Shown here: one piece after another, positions 18,654 through 28,515 of the stretch
Numbering within the stretch: the first letter of the stretch is position 1
How the letters are laid out: each line of letters starts with the position of its first letter
DNA from: Bacteroidota bacterium
Lineage (GTDB): Bacteria > Bacteroidota > Bacteroidia > Flavobacteriales > BACL11
DNA length: 58,365 bases
Direction of reading: 5' to 3'
Assembly: GCA_036139835.1 (NCBI GenBank)
Contig: JAYZYW010000042.1
Span: 1 to 58,365, forward strand
Translations under genes and position numbers: made by a program
Notes under the pieces: generated by a model
Database searches by the model: none
What the model was told of the DNA's origin: nothing
The model's input: the letters and a program-made list of their open reading frames with translations, nothing else

Positions 18654-19190
18654 TTAGTTTAGTTTTATTAACGCAAAAACAGCATAATTTAGCATATCTA
18701 AATAGTTAGCATCTACCCCTTCAGAAATTAAAGTGGATCCTTTATTATCTTCAATTTGCTTAACTCTAAGCAGCTTTTGCAGGATTAAATCAGTAAGCGA
18801 ACTTACACGCATATCTTTCCAAGCTTCACTATAATCATGATTTTTAGCCAGCATCAATTCTTTAGCAATAGTTACATGTTTCTCAAAGTTGTTCATAACC
18901 TCATTACAATCGATTTCCTCTGGTTGCTCGCTAACACCAAGATCCAATTGAATAAGACCAATAATTGCATAATTAACTATTCCTATAAATTCATTTTTTG
19001 GTCCTTCTTCAATCTTTTGAAAGCCTTTTTGCTCAATCGAACGAATCCTTTGAGCTTTGATGAAAATCTGATCAGTTAACGAGCTGATTCTTAGTATTCT
19101 CCATGCACTACCATAATCTTTCATTTTCTTTGCGAAAATGTCCTTACAATTTTTTATTATTGAATCGTATTCGGTAATTGTTTGCTCCAT
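18654..19190 (-). CDS. DUF1599 domain protein (internally duplicated)
   Basis: Two repeats: KDYGSAWRILRISSLTDQIFIKAQRIRSIE and HDYSEAWKDMRVSSLTDLILQKLLRVKQIE. The track ORF extends to 19298, but that extension runs antisense over the folP start. I place the start at ATG 19190 (MEQTITEY...). Confidence 0.7.
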   Translation of the reverse strand: MEQTITEYDSIIKNCKDIFAKKMKDYGSAWRILRISSLTDQIFIKAQRIRSIEQKGFQKIEEGPKNEFIGIVNYAIIGLIQLDLGVSEQPEEIDCNEVMNNFEKHVTIAKELMLAKNHDYSEAWKDMRVSSLTDLILQKLLRVKQIEDNKGSTLISEGVDANYLDMLNYAVFALIKLN

Positions 19191-19230
19191 ATAATCTTTC
19201 CCTTTAATAATGCCGAAATATACATCAATT

Positions 19231-20076
19231 ATGAAATTGAAAGCCACAAACTCAAAAAGCAATTCAAGCATTTTTTCAACAGACAATGCAATTGTCATGG
19301 GAATACTAAATCTAACTGAAGACTCCTTTTATGATGGAGCCCAATATCTACATGAAGAACAAATAATTTTAAAGTGCAAAACTATGCTAGATGAAGGAGC
19401 GTCAATAATTGATATTGGCGCACAATCATCAAGGCCAGGAGCAACTCAAATCTCATCAGAAGAGGAACTACAAAAACTCTTACACATAATCAAATTGTTA
19501 AAAAATACCTTTGATAAGATTACTATTTCGATAGATACATTCTGGGCAAATACTGCAAAAGAATGCATACAGGCTGGAGCCAATATTATCAATGACATCT
19601 CTGCTGGAGAGATTGATAAAAATATGTTTGCTACCATTGCGCAACTAAATGTACCCTATGTAATGATGCATATGCAAGGAACGCCTCAAAACATGCAAAA
19701 CAATCCATCTTACAAAAATATAACGCAGGATATTATCCATTACTTTAAAAATAATATTAGTAAATTACACCAATTAGGATTTTATAAAATGGTTGTTGAT
19801 CCAGGTTTTGGGTTCGGCAAAACCATGGAATACAATTATCAACTATTAAATAATTTAGAGGCTTTTAAATGTCTTGAATTGCCCATTTTAGTAGGGACTT
19901 CAAGAAAGTCTATGATTTACAAATTACTAGATACAACTCCACAACACGCACTAAACGGGACAAGCATTACAAACACTATAGCTCTGCAAAATGGAGCAAA
20001 TATTTTAAGAGTGCATGATGTCAAGGAAGCAATTGAATGTGTTAAAATTACTACATTCGCAAAAAATAATTGTTAA
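19231..20076 (+). CDS. folP: Dihydropteroate synthase
   Basis: MGILNLTEDSFYDGA, DIGAQSSRPGA, INDISAG and DPGFGFGKT motifs. The start could be 19210 or 19231. I prefer 19231 because it avoids the divergent gene and gives a typical N-terminal length. Confidence 0.9.
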   Translation: MKLKATNSKSNSSIFSTDNAIVMGILNLTEDSFYDGAQYLHEEQIILKCKTMLDEGASIIDIGAQSSRPGATQISSEEELQKLLHIIKLLKNTFDKITISIDTFWANTAKECIQAGANIINDISAGEIDKNMFATIAQLNVPYVMMHMQGTPQNMQNNPSYKNITQDIIHYFKNNISKLHQLGFYKMVVDPGFGFGKTMEYNYQLLNNLEAFKCLELPILVGTSRKSMIYKLLDTTPQHALNGTSITNTIALQNGANILRVHDVKEAIECVKITTFAKNNC

Positions 20077-20852
20077 TGGAATTTTTAGAAATAGGTATTA
20101 TTGAAATTATAGATATTGCACTTGTTGCTATCTTAATTTATCAGTTTTACAAGCTAGTAAAAGGGACTGTTGCAATTAATATTTTTATTGGGTTAGCAGC
20201 TATTTATCTTTTATGGAAAGTAGTCTCAGCTTTTCATTTCCAACTTCTAAGCGAAATTTTAGGTCAATTTATTGGGGTTGGAGTAATTATTCTCGCAATT
20301 GTTTTTCAGCAAGAGCTTAGAAAATTTCTTATGATGATTGGAAAAGGGAAAGTAATAACAAAAAAAGGGTTATTAAAATTCAATTTTTCTATAGAACATG
20401 ATAATCATTTAAATACACACGCTATTGCAAAAGCATGTGAAGATATGGCCAAAACAAAAACAGGCGCCATTATGATTGTAACTCAAATGGATGATTTAGC
20501 TGTTTTTTCTGAGAGTGGTGTTGAAATGAATGCAGCAATTTCAGTACCAATGATTGAAAGTATCTTTTACAAAAATAGCCCTTTGCATGATGGAGCTGTT
20601 ATAATAAGAAACAATAAAATAATAAGTGCCAGAAGTGTTTTGCCAGTAAGTAATAGTAATGAATTACCAGGGCGCTTAGGAATGAGACATAGAGCTGCTG
20701 TAGGAATTACAGAAGAATCTGATGCAGTAGCAATAATAGTCTCTGAGGAAACAGGAGAAATATCTTATGTGAAAGATGGGGAGCTTTTTACTAAAAGAAC
20801 AGTGCAACAATTAGAACAATTCCTAAATAGAATCTTTACTCAAACACAATAA
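20076..20852 (+). CDS. cdaA: Diadenylate cyclase (c-di-AMP synthase), CdaA/DisA_N type with N-terminal TM helices
   Basis: LHDGAVII, GMRHRAAVGITEESDAVAIIVSEETG. The track start at 20070 is TTG. ATG 20076 shares one nucleotide with the folP stop (TAATG), so I prefer it. Confidence 0.88.
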   Translation: MEFLEIGIIEIIDIALVAILIYQFYKLVKGTVAINIFIGLAAIYLLWKVVSAFHFQLLSEILGQFIGVGVIILAIVFQQELRKFLMMIGKGKVITKKGLLKFNFSIEHDNHLNTHAIAKACEDMAKTKTGAIMIVTQMDDLAVFSESGVEMNAAISVPMIESIFYKNSPLHDGAVIIRNNKIISARSVLPVSNSNELPGRLGMRHRAAVGITEESDAVAIIVSEETGEISYVKDGELFTKRTVQQLEQFLNRIFTQTQ

Positions 20853-22371
20853 ATTTCTTATTCAATTCAAAACTATCAGAAATTAAATGAATAATATACG
20901 CACCTGCTGTTTTAGGTTTTATAATCTTAACTGCATCTTGTTTATTATTATAGTACAAAATTCCATAATCAATTAATTTACCATCAATAGAATAAATAGT
21001 ATAATTTACATCTTGACTTATACCTTCATTAATAGGAATAGTAAAGTCGTAATTTAAATACTGATAAGCACTATAATAATTAGGAATTCCATAACCAAAT
21101 TGATTATCAGGATTTAAATATCTATCAGCCGATTTATAAATTGCATCTTTGATGCTAAAACTAGATTTATCAGAATTCGCCCCCCACAAACAAGCAACCA
21201 TTCCAGCAGTTACAGGAGATGAAAAAGAGGTGCCATTACCATTCATAAGTCCATTATCAGAAGTAGCTACAACTATATTTTTCCCCTGAGCCATAACATT
21301 AGGTTTTACAGCTCCCTCAGTATTTGGGCCATATGAACTAAATAAGGCAAATTCTTCATTTTCATCAACTGCACCAACTGTCAACACATTAAAATTATCA
21401 GCAGGAGCACCAATATAATGCCAGGTACTATTCCCAGAATTACCTGCAGAATTAACTACAATCATTCCTTTATCACAAGCCATACCAGCGCCTATACTTA
21501 TTGGGGTAGTTACACCATCCATATCAGCATAAGTATGATTTTGAATTGTATCATCGAAAGTAGTATAGCCTAATGAAGAATTAATAATATCAGCACCTGC
21601 ACTATCAGCATATTCAGCAGCACAAACCCACATAAATTCCTCAATTAAGTTTTCAGAAAAAACATCCTCACTCCTAAGTAAAAGATACTGGGCATCAGGA
21701 GCTGTACCCATCATTATTCCTTTTGCTCCCATAGTACTGAGTACCATCATTCCGTGAGTATGATCATCATATACATTTGAATTTCCATCAACAAAATCGT
21801 AAGTACTCAAGATCTGATTTTGCAAATCACGAAATAAATCAAGCTGATTAACCTTATAAAAACCAGCATCAATCACTGCAATTGTAATGCCATTTCCTTT
21901 AAATCCTTTTGAATGCATTAAATCACCTCCTAACATTTGCAATTGATTAAAAGCCAAACCATAATCAGAAATGTCATAATTTATTTGCCATTTTTCACTA
22001 ACCTTCTTGGTGTTTTGCCAACTACCAAAACTAACTACACTATCAATAAAAACATAATTTAATGATGTAATCAGTAAACTATCATAAGTACTAACAATTA
22101 CACCATTAAACCATTTTGATGTATTCTCAACTAAAAATCCTGACGATTTTAAGGCATCAATATAAATAGATGAAACCGGCAAATCTGTGCTATCAATTGC
22201 TATAAAAAACTTTTTTCTTTTAGCAATTGTTTTTATTGAAAGATATTCTTCTGGACTATTAACACTAAAATTAGTGTCTACTTTATCAGTAAAAGAAATA
22301 AAATATCTAAAGGCACCATCTTGTGCTAGCAATATTGATGGAAGAAATAAAAAAAAGACAATTATTTTCAT
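20836..22371 (-). CDS. Secreted S8 (subtilisin-like) serine peptidase with a probable C-terminal T9SS sorting domain
   Basis: 511 aa. Signal peptide, catalytic triad contexts AVIDAGF / HGMMVLS / GTSFSSP, and a beta-rich C-terminal domain of about 70 aa. Confidence 0.85.
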   Translation of the reverse strand: MKIIVFFLFLPSILLAQDGAFRYFISFTDKVDTNFSVNSPEEYLSIKTIAKRKKFFIAIDSTDLPVSSIYIDALKSSGFLVENTSKWFNGVIVSTYDSLLITSLNYVFIDSVVSFGSWQNTKKVSEKWQINYDISDYGLAFNQLQMLGGDLMHSKGFKGNGITIAVIDAGFYKVNQLDLFRDLQNQILSTYDFVDGNSNVYDDHTHGMMVLSTMGAKGIMMGTAPDAQYLLLRSEDVFSENLIEEFMWVCAAEYADSAGADIINSSLGYTTFDDTIQNHTYADMDGVTTPISIGAGMACDKGMIVVNSAGNSGNSTWHYIGAPADNFNVLTVGAVDENEEFALFSSYGPNTEGAVKPNVMAQGKNIVVATSDNGLMNGNGTSFSSPVTAGMVACLWGANSDKSSFSIKDAIYKSADRYLNPDNQFGYGIPNYYSAYQYLNYDFTIPINEGISQDVNYTIYSIDGKLIDYGILYYNNKQDAVKIIKPKTAGAYIIHLISDSFELNKKFIVFE

Positions 22372-22398
22372 GCTGTAAAAAAGCTTATTAAGAAGATC

Positions 22399-24168
22399 TT
22401 ACATCCTATCAGGCACTCCAGCCCCTAGTAACTTCATAGCCGTTTTTATCACCTCTCCCACTTTTAACGACAATCCTAATCTAAAATTAATAAGCTCAAC
22501 GCTTTCAGCTGTAAGTATAGCAGTACTCTGATAATAGTTGTTAAAATCCTTAACTAAATTATAAATATAGTTAGCTACAAGTGCTGGGCTATAATTAATT
22601 GCTGCTTCTTGAATCAAAGCTGGAAAAATAGTTAACTGCTTAATAATTTCTTGTTCTTTATCTGTTATGTCAATTGATTTTGGCATAATTACTTTCTTAG
22701 AATGGGTTCTTTTTAAGGACTGAATTCTTGCATAAGTATACTGAATAAAAGGCCCAGTATTTCCATTAAAATCAACTGATTCCTCAGGATGAAATAGCAT
22801 TTGCTTTTTAGGATCAACTTTTAACATAAAATATTTTAATGCTCCTAATGCAATAATTTCATACAATTCATTTGCCTCTTTTTCTGACAAACCCTCTAGT
22901 TTTCCCAACTGCTTTGCTATACTTTTGGCTGTATCAACCATTTCTTGAATAAAATCATCCGCATCCACCACGGTACCTTCACGAGATTTCATTCTTCCAG
23001 TTGGCAAATCTATCATTCCATAAGAGAAATGAGAACAGTTTTTTGCCCAATCATATCCCAGTTTTTCTAATATTAAAAACAAAACTTTAAAATGATAATC
23101 TTGCTCATTAGCAACCACATATGTCATATGAGAGAAATCAAAATCTTCATATCTTTGTATGGCTGTCCCAATATCCTGGGTCATATAAACTGCTGTTCCA
23201 TCAGAACGTAAAATAATTTTCTCATCCAATCCTTCATTTGATAAATCTATCCAAACTGAGCCATCTTCCTTTTTGTAAAAAACTCCTTTCTCAAGGCCAA
23301 TATCCACTACTTTTTTTCCTAAAAGATAAGTATTGCTTTCATAATAATTCTTATCAAAATCAACTCCAAGTCTATCATAAGTACTTGCAAAACCTTCATA
23401 TACCCAAGCATTCATTTTCTCCCAAAGTGCTCTTACCTCAACATCTTTTACTTCCCATTTAAGAAGCATTTCTTGTGCTTTTTTAAAAATAGGAGCCTCT
23501 TTCTCAGCTTGTTCTTTTTCCATTCCTGAAGCAATTAATTCAGCAATTTGTTTTGTATAATACTTGTCAAATTCTACATAATATTTTCCAACCAAATGAT
23601 CCCCTTTTATACTAGAAGATTCAGGGGTTTCTCCATTACCAAAATCTTGCCAAGCTACCATTGATTTGCAAATATGAATTCCTCTATCATTAATGATTTG
23701 TACTTTCTTTACATTCTTGCCACTTGCCTTAAGTATCTCAGCAACAGAATATCCTAAGAAATTATTTCGCAAATGCCCTAAATGAATTGGTTTATTAGTA
23801 TTAGGGGAAGAATACTCTACCAAATAAATCGGTGCCTTTGCAGTTGCTTTTACTATTCCATAATCAGAAGTATTATATGCGTTAATAAACTGATTAAACC
23901 AAAAATGTTTTGAAATTTCAAGATTTAAAAATCCTTTTATAACATTAAAATTTATAACCTCTTCAACATTTTCTTTTAAATAATTTCCTATATCAGCAGC
24001 TGTTTGTTCTGCTCCTTTTTTAGAAGCACGCAAAAGTGGAAATACTACTAATGTAATATCTCCATCAAAATCTTTTCTTGTATTTTGGAACTGTATACTT
24101 TGTTCTGATGCCGAATATAATTCAGCAAGTGCTTTTTTAATCTCCTTATGTAATATTTCTTGTATCAT
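22399..24168 (-). CDS. argS: Arginine--tRNA ligase
   Basis: 589 aa. The class I HIGH-type motif SPNTNKPIHLGHLRN and a C-terminal anticodon-binding domain ending in M. Confidence 0.95.
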   Translation of the reverse strand: MIQEILHKEIKKALAELYSASEQSIQFQNTRKDFDGDITLVVFPLLRASKKGAEQTAADIGNYLKENVEEVINFNVIKGFLNLEISKHFWFNQFINAYNTSDYGIVKATAKAPIYLVEYSSPNTNKPIHLGHLRNNFLGYSVAEILKASGKNVKKVQIINDRGIHICKSMVAWQDFGNGETPESSSIKGDHLVGKYYVEFDKYYTKQIAELIASGMEKEQAEKEAPIFKKAQEMLLKWEVKDVEVRALWEKMNAWVYEGFASTYDRLGVDFDKNYYESNTYLLGKKVVDIGLEKGVFYKKEDGSVWIDLSNEGLDEKIILRSDGTAVYMTQDIGTAIQRYEDFDFSHMTYVVANEQDYHFKVLFLILEKLGYDWAKNCSHFSYGMIDLPTGRMKSREGTVVDADDFIQEMVDTAKSIAKQLGKLEGLSEKEANELYEIIALGALKYFMLKVDPKKQMLFHPEESVDFNGNTGPFIQYTYARIQSLKRTHSKKVIMPKSIDITDKEQEIIKQLTIFPALIQEAAINYSPALVANYIYNLVKDFNNYYQSTAILTAESVELINFRLGLSLKVGEVIKTAMKLLGAGVPDRM

Positions 24169-24170
24169 AT

Positions 24171-25103
24171 TTACTTTTTAGGCAAAAATACTTCTGCCAT
24201 CATACATCTTGCGCTTCCACCGCCACAAGCCTCTATTGTATCTATTGCGCTATGAATAATTGAGCCATATTTTTCAAGTGCATTTTTTTGTTCATCTGTT
24301 AAACCATTAAATGCAGAATTAGACATCACAAGATAAGGTTTATCCCCCATTACTTGCAACATATTTCCTGCAAATCTATTTTTTTGCGATTCACTAATTT
24401 CTATTATTTCTTTTCCTGTTTCAGTAAGCACCTCTACAACATGCATTCTTTCTGCTTCATCATCAATACTATCTAAGCAAATTACTGCAAATTTATCAGC
24501 TACACACATCATTACATTTGTATGATAAATAGTCATTCTCTCTCCATTAACATCTTGATTGGCCGTAAAAAAAACTGGACGATAATCAAACTCCTTACAA
24601 AATTGCATTACTACAATTTTATCTGTACGGATAGAAATAGCTGCATAACAAATTTTATATTCTCTATCAAGTACCATACTACCTGTCCCTTCAAGGTATT
24701 TATCATGATCTTCAAACTCAGTAAAATCTTTTATTTCTTCTATTTTAAAACCATACTCCTCAACTAATGTGTCAAGAATATCTTCTCTCCTTTCATCTCT
24801 TCTATTTTCAGCACACATAGGGTATAATCCTATCATTCCATCAGAATGAAAAGAGACCCAATTGTTTGGAAAAATTGAATCTGGAGTCTCAGGTTCTTTT
24901 GTATCCTCAATCACAATTACATTAACTCCAGCATTTTCTAATTTTTCAACAAGATTATTAAATTCTAATAGTGCTTTTTCTTGTATTTGCTCAGAAGATA
25001 AATTATCCAACACTATCTGATAATAATTATTCACGGCTGTTTGCTCATTATATCTAAAGCTAACTGGCTTTATCATCAGTATGTTCTTTGTTATTTGCTG
25101 CAT
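24171..25103 (-). CDS. Guanidino-group-modifying-enzyme superfamily hydrolase, CtlX-like (citrulline utilisation hydrolase / arginine-deiminase-related)
   Basis: The C-terminal GGGSARCMMAEVF catalytic-Cys motif and the N-terminus ILMIKPVSFRYNEQTA. I prefer the ATG at 25103 (residue 11 of the track ORF), which shares one nucleotide with the upstream stop (TAATG). Confidence 0.65.
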   Translation of the reverse strand: MQQITKNILMIKPVSFRYNEQTAVNNYYQIVLDNLSSEQIQEKALLEFNNLVEKLENAGVNVIVIEDTKEPETPDSIFPNNWVSFHSDGMIGLYPMCAENRRDERREDILDTLVEEYGFKIEEIKDFTEFEDHDKYLEGTGSMVLDREYKICYAAISIRTDKIVVMQFCKEFDYRPVFFTANQDVNGERMTIYHTNVMMCVADKFAVICLDSIDDEAERMHVVEVLTETGKEIIEISESQKNRFAGNMLQVMGDKPYLVMSNSAFNGLTDEQKNALEKYGSIIHSAIDTIEACGGGSARCMMAEVFLPKK

Positions 25104-26017
25104 TATTCTCTTATTAATGGCATTGTTGAGCATCTAAATAATCCAGACATTTTTGCTATTTCAGCATAAGGGACTTCTTCTACAATAAATCCTCTTTTTC
25201 TTAACTCCGCATTCAACCTTGTAAATTCTTTTTCCGATATTATCACTTTTTCCGATATTGAGAATACATTTGAATTCATATTATACATTTCCTCTCTACT
25301 TATTTCAATAATATTTTCTTTACCAAAATAATTTATCAAGGAAATAACATCTTTCTCATTCTTAAAACCACCTTTATATAGTATTGCCATACCCTTACCA
25401 ATTGGTTGAAAACAACAATCTAAATGCAAAGCATTTTCTCTGGAATTATCATCCGACTTATTTAATTCCAAACCCTTCACCTTTTTATTTGGAAAAGTAT
25501 CTGCTAAAAAATCAAGTCCGGCTATATTTGTTCTGGCTACTGTATATTTCTCAAAATCTTCCTTTTCAGAGTATCCAACAAAGATATATTCATTCCAAAG
25601 TATTACATCTCCTCCTTCTACCCTAGCATCTTCTGGTATTTTTATTTTATCTAACTCCTCTATTTGACTTAAAACGACACCAATAGCTTCTACTTCTTTT
25701 CTTCTATCTTCAATTATATTAGGTAAAACTAATTTATCTTTAATTGCAAAAGCTATATCTCTTGAAAATATCTGATTTAATCCTTTGATATTTTGAGGTC
25801 GATATACTTTTACATTGTATTTTTCAAAAACTACAACCAAAGCATCTATTGCTGCAATACAATCCTTTTCAAATGGAAAAATTCCTGCCTTTACATGTTC
25901 TTTTGATTTAGGATCATAACATTCTTCTTCAATTGGAGTTCCTCCAAAATCATCAGCAATTCCTACTAAAACAGATTTTAATTGAGCCGTTTCATTTGTT
26001 ATGTTTATCTTCATCAT
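25103..26017 (-). CDS. Amidinotransferase/DDAH-like guanidino-group-modifying enzyme
   Basis: C-terminal GLFRCSTMPL catalytic-Cys context, and HLDC in mid-protein. The track start at 26029 is TTG and lies inside the -7 box, so I prefer ATG 26017 (MMKINITNE...). Confidence 0.65.
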   Translation of the reverse strand: MMKINITNETAQLKSVLVGIADDFGGTPIEEECYDPKSKEHVKAGIFPFEKDCIAAIDALVVVFEKYNVKVYRPQNIKGLNQIFSRDIAFAIKDKLVLPNIIEDRRKEVEAIGVVLSQIEELDKIKIPEDARVEGGDVILWNEYIFVGYSEKEDFEKYTVARTNIAGLDFLADTFPNKKVKGLELNKSDDNSRENALHLDCCFQPIGKGMAILYKGGFKNEKDVISLINYFGKENIIEISREEMYNMNSNVFSISEKVIISEKEFTRLNAELRKRGFIVEEVPYAEIAKMSGLFRCSTMPLIRE

Positions 26018-26026
26018 AATTGTATG

Positions 26027-26034
26027 CAAATTTA
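26027..26034 (-). promoter_or_regulatory. -7 promoter box (TAAATTTG) for the DDAH-like/CtlX-like/argS unit
   Basis: Exact TAnnTTTG match ending 9 nt upstream of the ATG at 26017. Confidence 0.45.
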
Positions 26035-26138
26035 ATGTTTTCTACTAAAGGACTGGCATAATTTTACTTTTAACAATTATTAACAATATAATGCTAAAAC
26101 ATATGTTAATACTATCTACAAAGACCTCAATTCATTTG

Positions 26139-26146
26139 TATTTTTG
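26139..26146 (+). promoter_or_regulatory. -7 promoter box (TATTTTTG) for ftsK
   Basis: Exact TAnnTTTG match ending 8 nt upstream of the ATG at 26155. Confidence 0.45.
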
Positions 26147-26154
26147 AAGATTAT

Positions 26155-28515
26155 ATGGCAAAAACTAAATTACAAGTTAAGAATTCAAGGAAAATTAGCT
26201 TTAAAAAAATCTTAGCTCCTTTTCAAGATTCAACTAATCAAAAAATATTTGGAACAATCATTGCATTATTTTCGGTATTAACGATTATTGCATTCATCTC
26301 TTATTTGTTAGAATGGAAAGCTGATGACAGTATTCTATCAAAAGAAGGCTATACTATTCTCAATAACGATACAAAAAATCAAATTGGAGGATTGGGAGCT
26401 CAAATCTCTTATAGATTCATAAAACTGTGGTTTGGAATTGCAGCGCTTTTTATTCCGTTTACAACACTTATAATGGGACTAAAAATCCTAGGATTAAAAC
26501 AGTTCAAACTGAACAAACTAATTCTTAATAGTATCTTAGGATTAATCTTATTGCCTGTTTTTATTCATCATTTTTTAGAAGGGATGATTACAGCAGGTGG
26601 CTTAGGAATATTTGTTAATGAGCTTTTAATTCAAGCAGTAGGAAGTATAGGGACTAGTTTAATTCTTATTACTTCTGTATTGCTTTATTTAGTTATTTCA
26701 TTTAATATTAATGCAGAAAAATTTCAGGCATTTATCAATAAATTAAAGCCCAAAAAAAAGATAGTACAAGCTAAAGAAGATCTCCTTCAACAAGAAACAC
26801 CATTGAGTGAAGGCACAACTAACACTACAGTTGAGGAAATATCAACAGAAACACTTACAGAACCTAACCCTGAAAAATTAATAGTGGAGCCTACTATAGT
26901 GACTCCTAAACAAGAAGATAACTTAGGATTAGAAGTAATAAGCGCCACTGATGAAGAAACTCTTAGTAAAAGTGATATTGAAAAGAAACTAAAAGCACTA
27001 GGCGATTTTGATCCTACACTTGAACTTTCACAATTCAAAATGCTAGAAATGGATTTATTGAAAGACTATGGAGAAAGTAAAATTGAGATTGATAAAGAAG
27101 AACTAGAAAAAAATAAAAATAAAATTGTTGAAACTTTAGGACACTATAATATTGAAATAGCATCTATATCAGCTACAGTTGGTCCAACCATTACCCTTTA
27201 TGAGATTGTACCAGAAGCTGGAGTCAGAATCTCTAAAATCAAAAACTTAGAGGATGATATTTCACTTAGCTTAGCTGCTAAAGGGATTCGAATTATTGCC
27301 CCAATTCCTGGCAGAGGTACTATTGGTATTGAAGTTCCTAACACTAATAAAAATACTGTTTCAATTCTAGAAGTTCTTCAATCAGAAAAATTCCAAAATT
27401 CTAAAATGGAGTTACCTATCGCATTTGGGAAAACAATTGCAAATGAAACATTTGTAGTTGATTTAGCTAAAATGCCCCACCTACTAATGGCTGGTGCAAC
27501 AGGCCAAGGAAAATCAGTAGGACTAAACGCAATACTAGTATCATTACTTTACAAAAAACATCCATCACAAATCAAATTTGTACTAGTAGACCCTAAGAAA
27601 GTAGAACTTACTTTGTTTAATAAAATAGAACGCCACTACCTAGCAAAACTTCCTGACTCTGAAGAAGCAATTATTACCGACACTAAACAAGTTATCAATA
27701 CTGTGAATTCACTTTGCATAGAGATGGATGAGCGTTATGAACTATGTAAAAATGCTAACTGTAGAAATATAAAAGAATATAATGCAAAATTTATTGCCAG
27801 AAAATTAAACCCAAATGATGGACATAGATACTTACCGTATATCGTATTGGTAATTGATGAATTTGCTGATCTTATAATGACAGCAGGAAAAGAAATAGAA
27901 ACTCCTATTGCAAGACTTGCTCAATTAGCACGTGCTATTGGCATACATTTAATTGTAGCTACTCAAAGACCTTCAGTAAACGTTATTACTGGACTCATAA
28001 AAGCTAACTTCCCTGCAAGAGTTGCTTTTAGAGTAACCTCAACTATTGATTCCAGAACAATAATGGACAATAAAGGAGCAGAACAATTAATTGGCATGGG
28101 TGATATGTTAATTTCAACAGGTAATGATTTAACAAGATTACAATGTGCATTTATTGACACCCCTGAAGTAGAAAAAATCTGTGAATTTATTGGTTCACAA
28201 AGAGCTTATCCACAAGCTCACATACTTCCTGCATATGAAGGAGAAGCTGAAGCCGTAGGAGGTAGCACAGATTTAAATGACATTGATGCTATGTTTAATG
28301 AAGCAGCTTCAGTAGTAGTGCAACATCAATCCGGGTCAACATCATTAATTCAAAGAAAATTAAGATTAGGATACAACCGTGCAGGTAGTATTATTGACCA
28401 GCTTGAAGCAGCAGGAATAGTAGGTCCATTTCAAGGGAGCAAAGCACGAGAAGTCCTAGTGCGAGATGAAATGGCTCTTGAAGAACTATTAAGAAGCTTG
28501 AATAATAATGAATAA
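26155..28515 (+). CDS. ftsK: DNA translocase FtsK/SpoIIIE
   Basis: 786 aa. N-terminal TM helices, a low-complexity linker, Walker A GATGQGKS, Walker B VIDEFADL, and a C-terminal gamma winged helix (STSLIQRKLRLGYNRAGSIIDQLE). Confidence 0.93.
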   Translation: MAKTKLQVKNSRKISFKKILAPFQDSTNQKIFGTIIALFSVLTIIAFISYLLEWKADDSILSKEGYTILNNDTKNQIGGLGAQISYRFIKLWFGIAALFIPFTTLIMGLKILGLKQFKLNKLILNSILGLILLPVFIHHFLEGMITAGGLGIFVNELLIQAVGSIGTSLILITSVLLYLVISFNINAEKFQAFINKLKPKKKIVQAKEDLLQQETPLSEGTTNTTVEEISTETLTEPNPEKLIVEPTIVTPKQEDNLGLEVISATDEETLSKSDIEKKLKALGDFDPTLELSQFKMLEMDLLKDYGESKIEIDKEELEKNKNKIVETLGHYNIEIASISATVGPTITLYEIVPEAGVRISKIKNLEDDISLSLAAKGIRIIAPIPGRGTIGIEVPNTNKNTVSILEVLQSEKFQNSKMELPIAFGKTIANETFVVDLAKMPHLLMAGATGQGKSVGLNAILVSLLYKKHPSQIKFVLVDPKKVELTLFNKIERHYLAKLPDSEEAIITDTKQVINTVNSLCIEMDERYELCKNANCRNIKEYNAKFIARKLNPNDGHRYLPYIVLVIDEFADLIMTAGKEIETPIARLAQLARAIGIHLIVATQRPSVNVITGLIKANFPARVAFRVTSTIDSRTIMDNKGAEQLIGMGDMLISTGNDLTRLQCAFIDTPEVEKICEFIGSQRAYPQAHILPAYEGEAEAVGGSTDLNDIDAMFNEAASVVVQHQSGSTSLIQRKLRLGYNRAGSIIDQLEAAGIVGPFQGSKAREVLVRDEMALEELLRSLNNNE

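Noticed and set aside
19191-19298. N-terminal extension of the DUF1599 ORF overlapping the folP start
   Set aside because: It would make two divergent genes overlap by 89 nt. The extension is the antisense of the folP 5' coding sequence, and the internal ATG at 19190 preserves both DUF1599 repeats.
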